DNA of 64,000 nucleotides from Tubiluchus corallicola (GCA_030141605.1 JAQGDQ010000488.1:103602-167601); one strand, 5' to 3'. Shown: positions 27,215 through 42,130, counted from the stretch's first letter. Program-made: numbers and translations. The notes: a model not told the origin generated them from the sequence alone.

Positions 27215-28006
27215 CGACTGAAGAAAAGCAGCACACTGTCAATTTCCGTCAGAAGTATGCTAAGCTTTCACAAAAAAGTCACGAAGGCCTACGAAAAGTC
27301 ACGAAGTTCACCAGTGACATCATGATTTTCAAGTGAGTGGTGGTTACCACCATGCCTGAAATTTTCTATGCAGCGGTAGTATAAATTAACTTCGGTTATA
27401 GACAGTTTTTGCAAATTTCTTTATTATATTTTTCTAAGTTTAAGTGATAACAGCAAAATGGTGAATGACTTGTCCTTCAATTTAGTAAGTTCAGTTTACA
27501 AAACACACGACCACAAACGGCAAAACTTCACATGATTTGCTAAAACGTATCCCAAACACGGCGAAAGCTGCCAGTCATACCATTTCCTCTTCCACACAAA
27601 CTATCCTAAGAAGCTGATTATGAAAATATTGTTTGAAGTGCAGCTAACGAACCAACGAGACTTTGTTATACACAATCGGAACTAATTTCTGACTTCAGAA
27701 TTGCCTGGTTTCTTATCAATTTGCATGCATAACTCGATTAGACATGGGATATTGCCGACCAGTTAGACTATGAAATTGAATCCGTTGCTGATGATGTGAC
27801 GAAGATGATGATGATGATGAGAGCTTTGAAAGTTCTCATCAAAACCGCAGTAACAATTTAAAACAGATTCATTTGGAAGAGTCGAAAATTCGTTTCTGAA
27901 ATGATGGACGCCACGACTGGACGATTAAATGCCCAGAAATGTTAAGATACGTCACTTAGCAGCTCTTGGAACAATGGAAGTAAATTACACGAGGGTGACA
28001 CACATA

Positions 28007-28153
28007 AGTGAGTGAGTGAGTCAGTGAGTGAGTGGGTGAGTGAGTGAGTGAGTGAGTGAGTGAGTGAGTGAGTGAGTCAGTAAGTGAGTGAGTGAGTGAG
28101 TGAGCTAGTGAGTGAGTGAGTGAGTGAGTGAGTGAGTGAGTGAGTGAGTGAGT
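28007..28153. repeat. (GTGA)n microsatellite between two ~55-bp direct repeats (27951-28005, 28194-28243)
   Basis: gtcacttagcagctct...ttacacgagggt..acacat occurs on both sides. Confidence 0.85.
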
Positions 28154-28749
28154 AACTAAGTTTTTTTTCTAGTCGGCAAAACTGTTGAGATAAGTCACTT
28201 AGCAGCTCTCGCAACAAAGTAAGTTACACGAGGGTAGAACACATAGCTAGTCTGGAATACAAAGCACTGGTTTATTTGCTTGACGCATGCGCACATGCAC
28301 GCACACATCTACACTATGCTTCCGCGTATTTGTGAAATGTTCAAACTTTAGTAATATACAATGTTTCCGATGATACCCCTCTGTCAATTACTTTAAGTCA
28401 TTCAGCAATTATTGCGCAATGTTGCTATAAAGACACCCCACACCTACCACACGACACTACCCTCCACTCACACCATGCCAGAAAAAACAGTAACAGCAAA
28501 TAGATTTTGCACAACTTTAAAACTGATGATCAATAATCCGCGAACATTCTATACGGTTTCATGTATACATGTGTATAAATATATATATGCTTTCTGCCTC
28601 CTCAAATGATGGGTAGCTAATTGTTAGCAGATGCGTGTTTTCAGTTGCCATAGAATCGAAATTTTCGTGAAAGAAATTAATCAGTAGAAACATGAATAAA
28701 GTTCATAAAACGTTCAATTTATATGAAACAAACAGCATTGATTTTTGGC

Positions 28750-29170
28750 TCTGGAACGTATCTCAATTGTTTACAGTACATTCTATGGAAGTTTTGGTTT
28801 CGTTTAACGACATTTCGCTTAACGTCGCATTATTGCTTCTGGAACGTATTTCAATTCGTTTACATTACTTCCTATGGAAGTTTCGGTTTCGCTTAACGAC
28901 GTTTCGCTTAACGTCGCATTATTGCTTCTGGAACGTATTTCAATTCGTTTACATTACTTCCTATGGAAGTTTCGGTTTCGCTTAACGACGTTTCGCTTAA
29001 CGTCGCATTATTGCTTCTGGAACGTATTTCAATTCGTTTACATTACTTCCTATGGAAGTTTTGGTTTCGCTTAACGACGTTTCGCTTAACGTCGCATTAT
29101 TGCTTCTGGAATGTATTTCAATTCGTTTACATTACTTCCTATGGAAGTTTTGGTTTCGCTTAACGTCGCG
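28750..29170. repeat. 89-bp minisatellite, ~4.7 copies
   Basis: ctggaacgtatttcaattcgtttacattacttcctatggaagttt... recurs every 89 bp. Confidence 0.95.
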
Positions 29171-29689
29171 TATTGCTCGAATTCAATATCATCGTTAAGC
29201 GAGGACTTACTAGTACAAAACATCGGAGTCTAAGATTTCCCGTTATATATAAAATAGTTGTTACAGCTTCTAACTCTCGTCATAAAAGATGTTACTGTTT
29301 TCCTTTCTATGCCACACTTGTTAATATTCTCTTTTTTACGATCAATGACTACGTCTTGATCACATGACGCGTTTATTACAATCAATAAACAAAGTAATTA
29401 AAAATAATAATTAGGCTGAATTGGTGAAGGTCATAAAGTCCTGCTAAAAGCTCACAGGTGTGGTAAGCTGGCATATGGGCATCACGCTAATGAAATTAAC
29501 TAACTAATTAATAACTTACCCGCTATTCTGTCCATAATTAAATGTGGCATTGGCGTTGTGATGTTGATGACAATGATCGTCTGTGTCGTAACTGATTGAC
29601 TGACAGATAGAAACAATCAAAGTATTTTAGTTTGATAAAAAAAAATTGAACAAGCTTTCAAGCAACAAAAGAAGCATCAAAATGACAAG

Positions 29690-30392
29690 GACAGCAACAG
29701 CAGCATCAGTAGCTACAACAACAGTAACAGCAGAAGCGAGTACAGCAGCTGCATCAGTGGTGACAGCAACAGTAACAGCAGCAACAAACACAGCAACAGC
29801 AGACAGCAGCAGCATCAGTAGCTACAACAACAGTAACAGCAGAAGCGAGTACAGCAGCTGCATCAATGCTGACAGCAACAGTAACAGCAGCAACGACTAC
29901 AGCAACAGCAGACAGCATCAGTGGCAACATCAACAGTAACAGCAGCAACAACCACAGCAACAGCAGACAGCAGCAGCATCATTGGCAACACCAACAGTAA
30001 CAGCAGCAACAACCACAGCAACAGCAGACAGCAGCAGCATCAGTAGCTACAACAACAGTAACAGCAGCAACAACTACAGCAACAGCAGACAGCATCAGCA
30101 TCAGTGGCAACACCAACAGTAACAGCAGCAACAACTACAGCAACAGCAGACAGCAGCAGCATCAATAGCTACAACAACAGTAACAGCAGCAACAACCACA
30201 GCAACAGCAGACAGCAGCAGCATCAGTGGCAACACCAACAGTAACAGCAGCAACAACTACAGCAACAGCAGACAGCAGCAGCATCAGTGGCAACACCAAC
30301 AGTAACAGCAGCAACAAATACAGCAACAGCAGACAGCAGCAGCATCAGTGGCAACACCAACAGTAACAGCAGCAACAACTACAGCAACAGCA
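29690..30392. repeat. ~60-bp CAG/CAA-rich higher-order minisatellite
   Basis: Unit acagcagcagcatcagtggcaacaccaacagtaacagcagcaacaactacagcaacagcag repeated about 11 times. Confidence 0.9.
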
Positions 30393-30916
30393 ATACTAAC
30401 AAGAGCTTTTAAACGACAAGATCAAAAGGATACTGTAGTTTTTTATTACTTCTTGTAAAAGGGAACCACACAGAAAGTGCGCGCATTGTTGATTCTGTGA
30501 GGTGGGTAGCAGTAATGGCGGATAACTGGGTGATGAAGTTGCATGACGTAACAAAGTTGGTCTAACGAAGGGAGAATTGGTGGCAGGGTGAAGTGTAAAT
30601 TTGAGGAGTGACTTTGTAAATTTGACTACACTACATTAATGTTAAAATGTATTTCGGCTACTGTTAGACGGCGTACAGAATCCATTGAAGAAATTGTTGA
30701 AGAAATTAGCTGTGCACATATGACATAAAACTAGTATTCAGTATTCGGTATTCAGTATTCAGTATTCAGTATTCACTTGTTATTTGCCTCAAACGATTCA
30801 GAAAAGGTTGAAATAAGCACAACCTAGTAGTAGTTAGAAAGAGGCGTAGTGGACAAAGCTCACCTCCTAACAACCACCCCTTATAAAAAGCACCACCAAT
30901 TATGCTGTTAGCAAAG

Positions 30917-31108
30917 ACATTTATTACATTTATTACATTTATTACATTTATTACATTTATTACATTTATTACATTTATTACATTTATTACATTTATTACA
31001 TTTATTACATTTATTACATTTATTACATTTATTACATTTATTACATTTATTACATTTATTACATTTATTACATTTATTACATTTATTACATTTTTATATT
31101 TATTACAT
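30917..31108. repeat. (ACATTTATT)n 9-bp repeat; (AGTATTC)n nearby at 30733-30775
   Basis: Directly visible. Confidence 0.95.
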
Positions 31109-31335
31109 TGTTTCGAGGACGAATCGTTTTTTATAGAGGGCAAATGCCACTTATTTTCAACCCCTCTACATTTTGATGATTCCATCGATTATGAAGCCAT
31201 TATAATCCAACAAGTCTAAATGATGTGAAAATAATTAAGAATTGCAATTAATTGGCTGTTATACTACTACCCATGCCTCATATTACATATGCCATTTGCA
31301 GCCAAAAATAAATATTAAATATTAAATTACAATTG

Positions 31336-31920
<585 letters not shown>

Positions 31921-32409
31921 CAACCTAGCCAAACAATCTTCGTAAATTCATGTTGATCTCCCCAATGAACAAGTTTTTTAGTTTGTGTAACAAAAATTAC
32001 CACCTGGTTTATTTGCACAGCCCTCTGAGGTAATTTCACTCTACAATAAAATAATTCAGTTTCCCATGAGCCGTATAATAAAAGATTAATATTAAACCAT
32101 AACTGTAATCTTGCTGTGTATATTATAGGTTTTGTTGCAAAATCATAAACCTATTAAGGCCGAATACAGCCAAATGCTTTTAACTTTATCATCAGTGCAC
32201 GACAAAGTTAGAAAGATCAACCTTTCTCTACTCTGTAAATACTGGGTATTGATGAAAAATTATTGTAAAGCAAAATTACAAGACAGTCTGGTTTATATCT
32301 ATTTACGTTTTTATGCTACTTACTGTTGAATAGAACATGTTGAACCTACCATCTTCAAAACTTTACAAGAAATTCATTGAAAAGACTCTGTGTTTGTTGA
32401 AATTTCACA

Positions 32410-32876
32410 TGGAGTAGTTTTGGATCTATTTATACGCTCAGTTTGACATAATTCAAAAGGTTTTCAGGCATTATTTATGTCTTTTTAACTCTGTGTTTTT
32501 CTTATCTTCTAAGATTATCCTTTCTTGCAGTATGCAAGCCGGGATTATTATTTCATTAGAAAAATAGTTCTTTAAAATGGGAGAAGAAGAATTCCCCCTC
32601 TGCATTCCTTTCAGATCTGGAGAGATTCTTAAAACTCAAAATAATTCTTGATGCCCAAAAAATGTAAAAAAAGTTAGTCGAATACATGCTGATGTTTAGT
32701 TTTGGCTGTGGTTTAACTGAAATTCAGTTCAACAAATCAAAACACAAACAAAACTTATTGTTTTACATTGTTTATTTTAGAAAGTTTGTGTTTGCACCTG
32801 TCTGCCGTGGAATCAGTGCCAAAAGAAGCCAGCAGTTGGAGCAAGCTGTGCAGAATATGCCCGAGGTGATCACAAA
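32410..32876 (+). pseudogene. Decayed multi-exon gene fragment, death-domain-like
   Basis: Exons ending 32459, at 32531-32663 and at 32781-32876 have AG/GT borders and compatible phases. They give ..LDLF/YAQFDIIQK|YASRDYYFIRKIVL/KWEKKNSPSAFLSDLERFLKLKIILDAQK|IKFVFAPVCRGISAKRSQQLEQAVQNMPEVITK, which needs two frameshifts. Confidence 0.35.
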
Positions 32877-32885
32877 GTAAGTAGT

Positions 32886-33051
32886 CATCAGCAGCAGCAA
32901 CAGCAGCAGCAGCAACAACAACAACAACAACAGCAACAACAACAACAGCAGCAGCAGCAGCAGCAGCAACAACAACAACAGCAACAGCAGCAACAGCAGC
33001 AACAGCAGCAGCAGGAACAACAACAACAACAACAACAACAACAGCAGCAGC

Positions 33052-33094
<43 letters not shown>

Positions 33095-33161
33095 GCAGCA
33101 ACAGCAGCAGCAAACAACAACAACAACAACAGCAGCAGCAGCAGCAGCAACAACAACAACA

Positions 33162-33192
<31 letters not shown>

Positions 33193-33433
33193 CAACAATA
33201 GCAACAGCAGCAGCAGAAGCAACAGCAACAGCAACAACAGCAACACCAGCAGCAGCAGCAACAACAACAACACCACCAGCAGCAACAACAACAACAACAG
33301 CAACAGCAGCAGCAACAGCAGCAGCAGGAACAACAACAACAACAACAACAGCAACATCGGCAGCAACAACAACAGCAACAATAACAGCAACAACAACAGC
33401 AACAACAACAGCAACAGCAACAGCAGCAGCAGG

Positions 33434-33497
<64 letters not shown>

Positions 33498-33554
33498 GCG
33501 GCAACAGCTATAATACACTGTAGTAGCAAAAAGCAACAGCAACAGCAACAGCAA
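32886..33554. repeat. (CAA/CAG)n trinucleotide tract
   Basis: Directly visible; starts just after the gtaagt donor at 32877, so probably intronic. Confidence 0.95.
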
Positions 33555-33836
33555 CCGAAGCCTTGACTGCATAATTTTTCTCACGAACTTCAACGAGGCT
33601 AATTACCGTATTAAGCTATTACTCAGATAGGATTTTATTAATAATGCAACGCTTGATTCAATCAGCTAATAGAAAAGTTACTAATATTCCCCTTATTATT
33701 GTTATTATCATCAGCGTTAGCTTATAGGCACAATATATATGAGAAAAAATGGGAGAATGTGCACACTGTAACGGTTTACTGATTTTCCTTGATTCTAACA
33801 GCTTCGATTTTCAATTGACGTTCCTCATAAATAGTT

Positions 33837-33980
33837 ACCACCACCAGCACCACCAACACCACCACCACCACCGCCACCACCAACACCATCATCACCACCA
33901 TTATCATCATCATTATCATCATCATCGCTGTCGTCATTATTATCATCATCATCGCTGTCGTCATTATTATCATCATTATT
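33837..33980. repeat. (CAC/CAT)n tract
   Basis: Directly visible. Confidence 0.9.
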
Positions 33981-35033
33981 TTCTTTGAAGTTCTCTTGCT
34001 TGGCATTATCGACACTCACGCAGTCTAGATAATGTAAATTGGTCTGGCTTTTACATAGCAACACTTTTAGCATCAACATCTTCTCATTGTAGCCATTATC
34101 AACATTATGACAGTCGTTGTCGTCATCATCATTATTGCTGTTGTCATAGTTTCGTTCATCATTACTATCTGTGACATTACTGTGCTTGATTGTCCGTTTG
34201 TATGTCCACTTCCGTGCATGAGCATTACTGGCAGAGCATTTTTAGACAAAATTAGACAAAAATTTAGAACCTATTGCCATTGTTGAACAATAAGATTCTG
34301 CGTTACAATAAACGGTTAAAAGGGCAAGCGGAATTGATTTCGAAATCAATTGATCATCAAAAAAATGATTTTCAATGTGCAAAAAGATAACTACAAAAAA
34401 TACAAAGCTAAACATACAAAAAATAAACGGCAATAAAAAAGCAAAATTTAAAAGTTATTTTTGCTCATAAAAAATAAGCTGTGTTTTTTTTACTCAGATC
34501 AGTGCCACAGAATTATGTACAAAAGTCAAGCAGTTACAGCAAAGCGGAGGAAGACGAACTGCCGTTAACGTACGCAGAAAAGGTAGGAATAAAATAGTTC
34601 CGGAAAGAGTTAGTAATTGTGTCCCTTGGCGCAAACCAAGTAGAAGTAACAATAGCAACTGACTCAGTGCGTGACTAGTTGCGTCAAAGATCATTTGTTT
34701 GGTTGATTTAATGAATTGTAGATATCCCAGTTGGTCAGTCTGTTGATGTGTGGGTTGGTTGACTAGTCTGTCTGTTGGTTAATAGGTGGAGTAGGTGGTT
34801 GTTGGTTTGTTGTCTGGCTTCTTGGTTCTTTGCTTGGGTGGTTAGATGACGTGTTCGTTGTTTGGTTAGAATACTTTTTTGTTTGCTGGTTGACTGCTTA
34901 GTTGATTGGCTAACTGGCTGATTTGTTAGCTGTTTGGTTTGTTTGTTGGTTTTTTTGTTGATTTATTCTTTATTGTTTTATTTGCTGCTTGTCAGTTGGT
35001 TGGTTGGGTTGTTTGGCTTGTTTGTTCATTTCA

Positions 35034-35071
35034 CTGTCTGTCTGTCAGTCGGTCAATCGGTTGGTCAGCCA

Positions 35072-35102
<31 letters not shown>

Positions 35103-35104
35103 AA

Positions 35105-35140
<36 letters not shown>

Positions 35141-35223
35141 ACTGTCTGCCTGCCTGTCTGTCGGTCAATCGGTTGGTCAGTCTGTCTGTCCGTCTGTCTG
35201 TCGGCCAATCGGTTGGTTAGCCA

Positions 35224-35254
<31 letters not shown>

Positions 35255-35257
35255 AAT

Positions 35258-35288
<31 letters not shown>

Positions 35289-35405
35289 ACTGTCTGTCTG
35301 CCTGTCTGTCGGTCAATCGGTTGGTCTGTCTGTCTGTCTGTCTGCCTGCATGTCTGTCGGTCAATCGGTTGGTTAGCCAATCTGTCAATCTCTCTGTCTG
35401 TCTGT
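35034..35405. repeat. (GTCT)n microsatellite with recurring gtcggtcaatcggttgg spacers
   Basis: Directly visible higher-order structure. Confidence 0.9.
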
Positions 35406-36515
35406 TTCTTAGTCAGCTAATTCGCCGATAGTTGGTTGGTTGGCTGGCCAGTCAGTTGACTGGTTAGTTAATTTTGTAAAGTTGGTCAGCCAACAGGTAA
35501 GAAAGTTATTAATTAAACGACTATGATCATCTGCCTAATAAAGTAAGTGATGCATTAAATGACCGATCAAAATTTAATTGCAATAACACCACTGTACCAG
35601 TTTATTAATGAGTCCACATCTGCTGTCAAACTGATAGCAGTGGGTTTACTAATAATGACGGTGACGATGATGACAGCGATTGTGATGACGGTGACAATGG
35701 CGATACGCATTGTTGTTGCTGCTATGATGTAAATACCTTAGTACTAATAAATAAATAAATAATGCGTTTTATTAAAAAGTCTCATCATATCAGCAATGAC
35801 TGAATACAATAAAATATAGAAAAAAGAGTGAAAAACAATGAAGCGTAAATTTACACAAGAGACAAAGAATAAACTTAGAATAATGACATCACGAAGTCAG
35901 TAAAGCAGTTTAAGGCCAATTGTGGCAATATACCTATTACCAGGCTGCGTAAGATTATGAATATCCATAAAATAAGACCAAAAATCCATAAAATATTTTT
36001 TTTGTGATTTTTTGTACAAAGTAACGAGTTGTAAGCATTGGCAACACTGAAAACGAACGTTAGAAGGAGAGAAAGAAAACAAACCAACAAAAGCGCATTT
36101 CCAGATTTGCTATTTTACATTGTTCTTTTTTCTCATTGTCTTTTTGTTATCAAGATGGCGAAGTTTCAAGGCTATTACTATAATTTAGAAAGTAGTTCGG
36201 CATTACTATTTATAGTTCCAGTTACAACAGGCATTTTTCAACGTTTGTAACTTTGCACTTTTACTTTTACAGGAAACTTTGCTAACTCTTCTGACGCGTT
36301 TCATACTAAGCCAGCAGGGAGAGATGTTACGAAACGAAAAGACGGGCCACTAAAACCACGAAGCGACCACTTATATTGAAGATTTTACTAAATAAAAGAA
36401 AAAATTCAAAACACAAAACTGAAAAAATAGTGCGTTTGGAAAAAAGTGCACTGTGTGTATATAAAATGCAACATGTTCTTGTTATGCAAATAATGCACCC
36501 CTTATGCAAAATATA

Positions 36516-37166
36516 GGTTTTACACGTCAAATGTAGACACAGGAAAGTTCAAATGTGACTTAGGTAAGTCAAATGTAGACACAGGAAAGTTCAAATGTGA
36601 CTTAGGTAAGTCAAATGTAGACATAGGGATTTCGAATGTCTTTTGGTAACTTAAATGTGACTTAGGTAAGTCAACTGTAGATAAACCAAAGATAGTCATC
36701 ACTCTTTCATAACTTTGAAAAATGTGTTGTTTATCCCTTCCCAAAGAACAGTGAATCACCAATTAGTTTTTTAAGTAATGCAATAGCACTGCATTAATGA
36801 ATTAGTTTCTCTCAAGAACGTATTGTTTTCTCTAACAGTTCCAATGGTATGTAAAGTTTGCAGAATATTGGCGAACTATTAGTAGCCCTATAAAGTTATT
36901 ATTTTCACAGCAATTATTAAATTAAGATTAAAGGAGATTAAATTTAACATCCTTAAACTTTACCACCTATCCACATTTGAGATACCAATGTCACATTTGA
37001 CTTGACATGTGTCTAAATTTGACTTACCAAAAACGCTTAAGATTTCTTGAAAACCATTGTTAACACATTTGAACTGCCTAAGTCTACATTTGAGTTACCA
37101 AGACACATTTTTGAATTACCTAAATTACATTTTAGTTAACGCTGGTCTACATTTGACATGTAAACC
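36516..37166 (+). mobile_element. GGTTTTAC-terminal MITE family, copy 4 (long subtype)
   Basis: Reverse complement of 7824-8489; tata flanks. Confidence 0.9.
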
Positions 37167-37317
37167 TATAGTAAAGGAAACCCGTAAGTGTTCAGTCATT
37201 CGTCATTTTTGGGAGTGATTTCTGAGATTGAAAAAGGAGAAAATAGGGTTAAAGAAATTAGAAGATTTTCGTAATTATTGGTGCTGACATTCAACAGATA
37301 AACAATGTGTCTATGCT

Positions 37318-37616
37318 CTCAAATTTAAGACTCAAAACTTAAGAATTCGAAAATTTAAGACGCAAAGATGAAACTCAAAACCAAAGACTCGAACTTAAGA
37401 CGACTAAAATACTTAAGGCTTAAAACTTTTAAGGCGTAAGACTCGAAACCTAAGAGGCTCAGACTTAAAAACTTAACATGCAGACTGAAATTTAACATTC
37501 TGAGAGATTCTGAGAGAATCTTAAGAAAGAATTTTAAGAAATTTGAAATTCAAATTAAAAATTTGAAACTAAAGCTCCAAACTTAAGCCTCAAATTTAAG
37601 ACTCGAACTTAAGACT
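37318..37616. repeat. Degenerate aaaYttaagactc tandem repeat
   Basis: Many ttaagactc-like units at ~13-14-bp spacing. Confidence 0.7.
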
Positions 37617-39174
37617 TTATTGGTTGTTAGTTGTCTATTTGCACGCTAGGGGTTTATCCATCACCGATGTGAAAGATATGGTTGTTATGAAGACAAGAAA
37701 TTTCCCTTGGACACAGGCCACAGTCTCAAATTTTTTCACCTCTTTTACTGTATAACTTACCAGGTTACATCTGAAACCATCCTTACTTTCCAACTTTTGC
37801 ATCAGCGTACGAATGTAATTCTCCCTGCCTTTCTTATGCTAGCGCCATTCAGTTATTTATCTCAACATGATAGTTTCTGTAATAGCTGCTTACTTTACAG
37901 TGTGGTATATAACCCTTCTGCTAGGGGGAGAGGAGGGGGAGGGTGTCGTACAAATTGTGCAGAACTGTTTACTCTATCAAAGAATTGCCCAAACAATAGC
38001 GAATCTAAATACGCTCTCAAAATTTGGTGTGGAATCGTCGTACGTCTACCATCCTGGGGAGTATGATTGAAGAAATCTTGAACTCTGGAAAAAACTCTTG
38101 AACTCTTGAAATGACTTGAAGAACTCTTTCATCGCATCTTGCAGATACGTCACAAGTTTGTCTGTTGAATCAATGGCACGTTTTCATCGTCTAAGCGTCC
38201 ACTCTGTCTTTTACGATTGCTCCAATATGTTTGGGCGGGTTGAAATCCGGTGAATGTTTCCGGTAGCCATTCAGTTCAATCGAAAAATATAATTTCAGAA
38301 TTTTCAGACCGCTGCTTCGATCATAATCCTCAAGACTGCAAGCTGTGTGACACCCACGGGGTTACAGCCTTCCGCAAAATTGAGGATACGAAAAATTCGG
38401 AATTAATTTATCGATACATTAAAGCAATTGTCCTATAATGTTGTTTTCATTCCTGTGCTTCCCCGGCTAAAGGTTGTGCATATTGCTTACGCGAATCCGT
38501 CCTGCACAAAGGACAGAGTCAGAACAATCATTGTCATTTAGAATTTTTGTATAGTGATATATTGGAAGTAAGAACTTTGTCGACTTGTACGAATAAATTT
38601 GCTTATGTCTGTGCTAAACACAGTCTAAACACCTCTATTAGTCTGAACTGTTTAAAGGATAGCTTTTCTGTAGTACATCATAACCACTTTATTTGCTAAA
38701 AAGATGTAAACATTTGCTGAGACTTGTTGGTGGGAATGTTTTTAAAAAATGTAATACAACGTTAGTTACTTTCCGGGTGCATTTGATACTTAAATATTCT
38801 ATTTTGTTTAAGTTACAAGTTATAAATCAAGTGACAAATCTGCAAAGAAATAATTTGAGATATCCTGCTGCTATTAGATAAGTAACTTCTCAAAAATTTT
38901 CTCAAATCGTCTGCTGCATTCTCAAAGACGTCATAATGCGTGCAAGTACAGTGCAGTTTACTCAGAATTTCAATTTTATTCACTTTATTCGTTTTTTCTC
39001 AACGAATGCCCGTGACTAAATTACCTGGCACGTTTAGCAATGTTGCAGTTGCTAGGAGAAGTGAAAAAAGGAAAGAAATTTAGTTTTATTTATGAATTTC
39101 TTTTACAAAGGAATCGAGCAGGGAAGTGTGATCATCATCACTTCTGGTTTTTCAAACATTCTAGATAAACTATA

Positions 39175-39669
39175 GGTTTTACACGTTAAATGTAGACACA
39201 GGAAAGTTCAAATGTGACTTAGGTAAGTCAAATGTAGACATAAGAATTTCAAATGTGTTTTGGTAACTCAAATGTGACTTAGGTAAGTCGAATGTAGATG
39301 CACTACTTTGAATAAATCGGTAACTAAGTTATTTAAGTGCAAATTAGAAAAAGATAAACCAAAGATAGTGCATCTATTAGTAGGCCCATAACGTTGTTAT
39401 TTTAACTTAGGAGCAATTATTAAATTGAAATTAAGGAAGATTAAATTTAACATCCTTAAACTTTACCACCTATCCACATTTGAGATACCAATGTCACATT
39501 TGACTTGACATGTGTCTACATTTGACTTACCAAAAACGCTCAAGATTTGTTGAAAACCATTGTTAACACATTTGAACAACCTAAGTCTACATTTGAGTTA
39601 CCAAGACACATTTGAATGACCTAAATCTACATTTGAGTTAACGTAGGTCTACATTTGACATGTAAAACC
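39175..39669 (+). mobile_element. GGTTTTAC-terminal MITE family, copy 5 (short subtype)
   Basis: TIRs and tata flanks on both sides. Confidence 0.9.
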
Positions 39670-40292
39670 TATAGTTAAGCGTGCACCTAATATTTGCTTG
39701 TAATAACGTTTAATTTGTAATTTAAATTGGTCTGAGTTGTAAACTTTTATGAGCTAAATTGTATAAATAAACTTAAAAATTAATGAAAATCGTGTTAGCC
39801 ACGTATGAAGAAAAAGAAAATTTAACGTTATTAAAATTTATTATTTTTCACATTACTAGTACTTTTTGTTTTTAGTGAACCGTTATTTTTTTATTGCTTG
39901 ATCTAATAAATACTGTTCAACACTGCATTTTTACTTTTTATCAGACTAGACTCAAAAACATGACGGCATGTGGCGCTAGCGATCAATGAGTGTTAGACAG
40001 AACCATCCAATTCATAATCTGCGTGATCAAGCGCATTGTGAAACGGTGGTTAGTATTCATTCGAATGTAGTAGCAACAGACGGCACACAAAAAGCGAAAA
40101 ACGCCAAATGACAAAGAAAAATGACTCCAACTATATTTATTATATAATATTTATTGACGATTTACAATCAATACAATTACAAGTTACAAAACATTACGTA
40201 AACGATGCAATACATTACAATGAAGAAAAAACTACACAGACAAAATCCCACACATGGGGTATAATCGCCAACACAATACAGAATAAAACACA

Positions 40293-40310
40293 GTAATAAT
40301 AATAGTAATA

Positions 40311-40341
<31 letters not shown>

Positions 40342-40342
40342 G

Positions 40343-40374
<32 letters not shown>

Positions 40375-40397
40375 TGATGATAATGATGATGATCATA

Positions 40398-40495
<98 letters not shown>

Positions 40496-40505
40496 AATAA
40501 TAATG
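40293..40505. repeat. (GAT/GAC/AAT)n microsatellite
   Basis: Directly visible. Confidence 0.95.
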
Positions 40506-40682
40506 GTAAACGGTATTTACAGTGGTTAAATATTTCAATTATATTATATTATGTTAAGTATTATTCCTGTATTATTACTATAACTCTAATTTATTCAGAC
40601 AATTCATACTACAACACTTTACAATCTAAACAAGCCCTCTGTTTGCAGGGCACCGTCACGAAACTTACATAAATGTTAGATA

Positions 40683-41135
40683 TTAAAGAAAAAGAAAACA
40701 CTCTTCATAAATAAAGTTAAAAATTCGTGCTGTCTTATTGCATATAGTGCTTGCGTTAGCAGTAACGCTTTGTGGCGATGACCATTAACTAACTCTGGTG
40801 ATGACCGTTAGGCGCAGCCATTTTAATGGCAAGTCGTTTAAAACAAGTTTAGATAACATTGCGTAAAGTTTGAAAAAATAATCAGATCATTCGCAGCGCA
40901 CACATCACTAAGTAATCAAAAGTTTAAGTTACTTTATATTGTCAATAAGATCGGCAACAAGTGGCTCACGTTGGGATGGGGGGGGGGCAGTTTTACTAGG
41001 TGGTATGGACATTTTAAATTATTAAGATTTTCTTTACCAATTACACGTCTTTGAAACAGCTAAGGGTAATGTCGAGTAATATAACTTTGCATTGGAAAAT
41101 TTTTTGAGACAAACTTCCCTTTTCTTCCTTTTTTA
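40683..41135 (-). mobile_element. Family B element, uninterrupted copy
   Basis: Reverse complement aligns with 24283-24673 joined to 25276-25552. Confidence 0.6.
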
Positions 41136-41184
41136 AGTTTATTTAAGACATCAAAATACACATTCACGTTGAAATACAAAAAAG

Positions 41185-41335
41185 TTACAATTACAATTAC
41201 AATTACAATTACAGTTACAGTTACAGTTACAGTTACAGTTACAGTTACAGTTACAGTTACAGTTACAGTTACAGTTACAGTTACAGTTACAGTTACAATT
41301 ACAATTACAATTACAATTGCAAATGCAATTACAGT
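41185..41335. repeat. (TTACAG/TTACAA)n hexamer repeat
   Basis: Directly visible. Confidence 0.95.
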
Positions 41336-41610
41336 TTTAATTACATGAGACTAGATTTTGCTTTTTTGCAAGAATAGCAAGTAAACCGCCGCCACCGTTA
41401 CTGTCACGAGAACTGCCATTAGATTGGATCATTGGTGACGGCAATAGTACAGGCTGTACAGACGTCTTTGATAGCAGCAAAGAAATCGGTGACAGTCTGC
41501 CTGCAGCCTACCTATACTCATTCGTTGATAGAGCTTTGATACACGTGAAATTTTTAGCACAAACTGGGCTTTCATAATGCTGTTAAGTGAAAGCGTGCAA
41601 GCTGTCTATA

Positions 41611-42130
41611 GGTTTTACATGTCAAATGTAGACCTGCGTTAACTCAAATGTAGATTTAGGTAATTCAAATGTGTCTTGGTAACTCAAATGTAGACTTTGG
41701 TGGTTCAAATGTGTTAACAATGGTTTTCAAGAAATCTTGAGCGTTTTTGGTAAGTCAAATGTAGACACATGTCAAGTCAAATGTGACATTGGTATCTCAA
41801 ATGTGGATAGGTGGTAAAGTTTAAGGATGTTAAATTTAATCTTCTTTAATTTCATTTTAATAATTGCTCTTAAGTTAAAATAACAACGTTATAGGCTTAC
41901 TAATAGATGCACTATCTTTGGTTTATCTTTTTCTAATTTGCACTTAAATAAGTTAATTACCGATTTATTCAATGTAATGCCATCTACACTTGACTTACCT
42001 AAGTCACATTTGAACTTTCCCGTGTCTACATTTGACTTACCTAAGTCACATTTGAACTTTCCTGTGTCTACATTTGACTTACCTAAGTCACATTTGAACT
42101 TTCCTGTGTCCACATTTGACGTGTAAAACC
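41611..42130 (-). mobile_element. GGTTTTAC-terminal MITE family, copy 6 (short subtype)
   Basis: TIRs present, with an extra 39-bp subterminal unit. Confidence 0.9.

Noticed and set aside
27700-27950. Acidic coding-like stretch downstream of the signal-peptide exon
   Set aside because: All frames are interrupted and no in-phase exon could be joined confidently.
29646-30392. Mucin-like or antifreeze-like Thr/Ala repeat protein
   Set aside because: The unit length is not a consistent multiple of 3, so the frame shifts and hits stops; no splice support.
41185-41335. Telomere-like hexamer
   Set aside because: TTACAG/TTACAA is not TTAGGG or TTAGG; an ordinary interstitial microsatellite.
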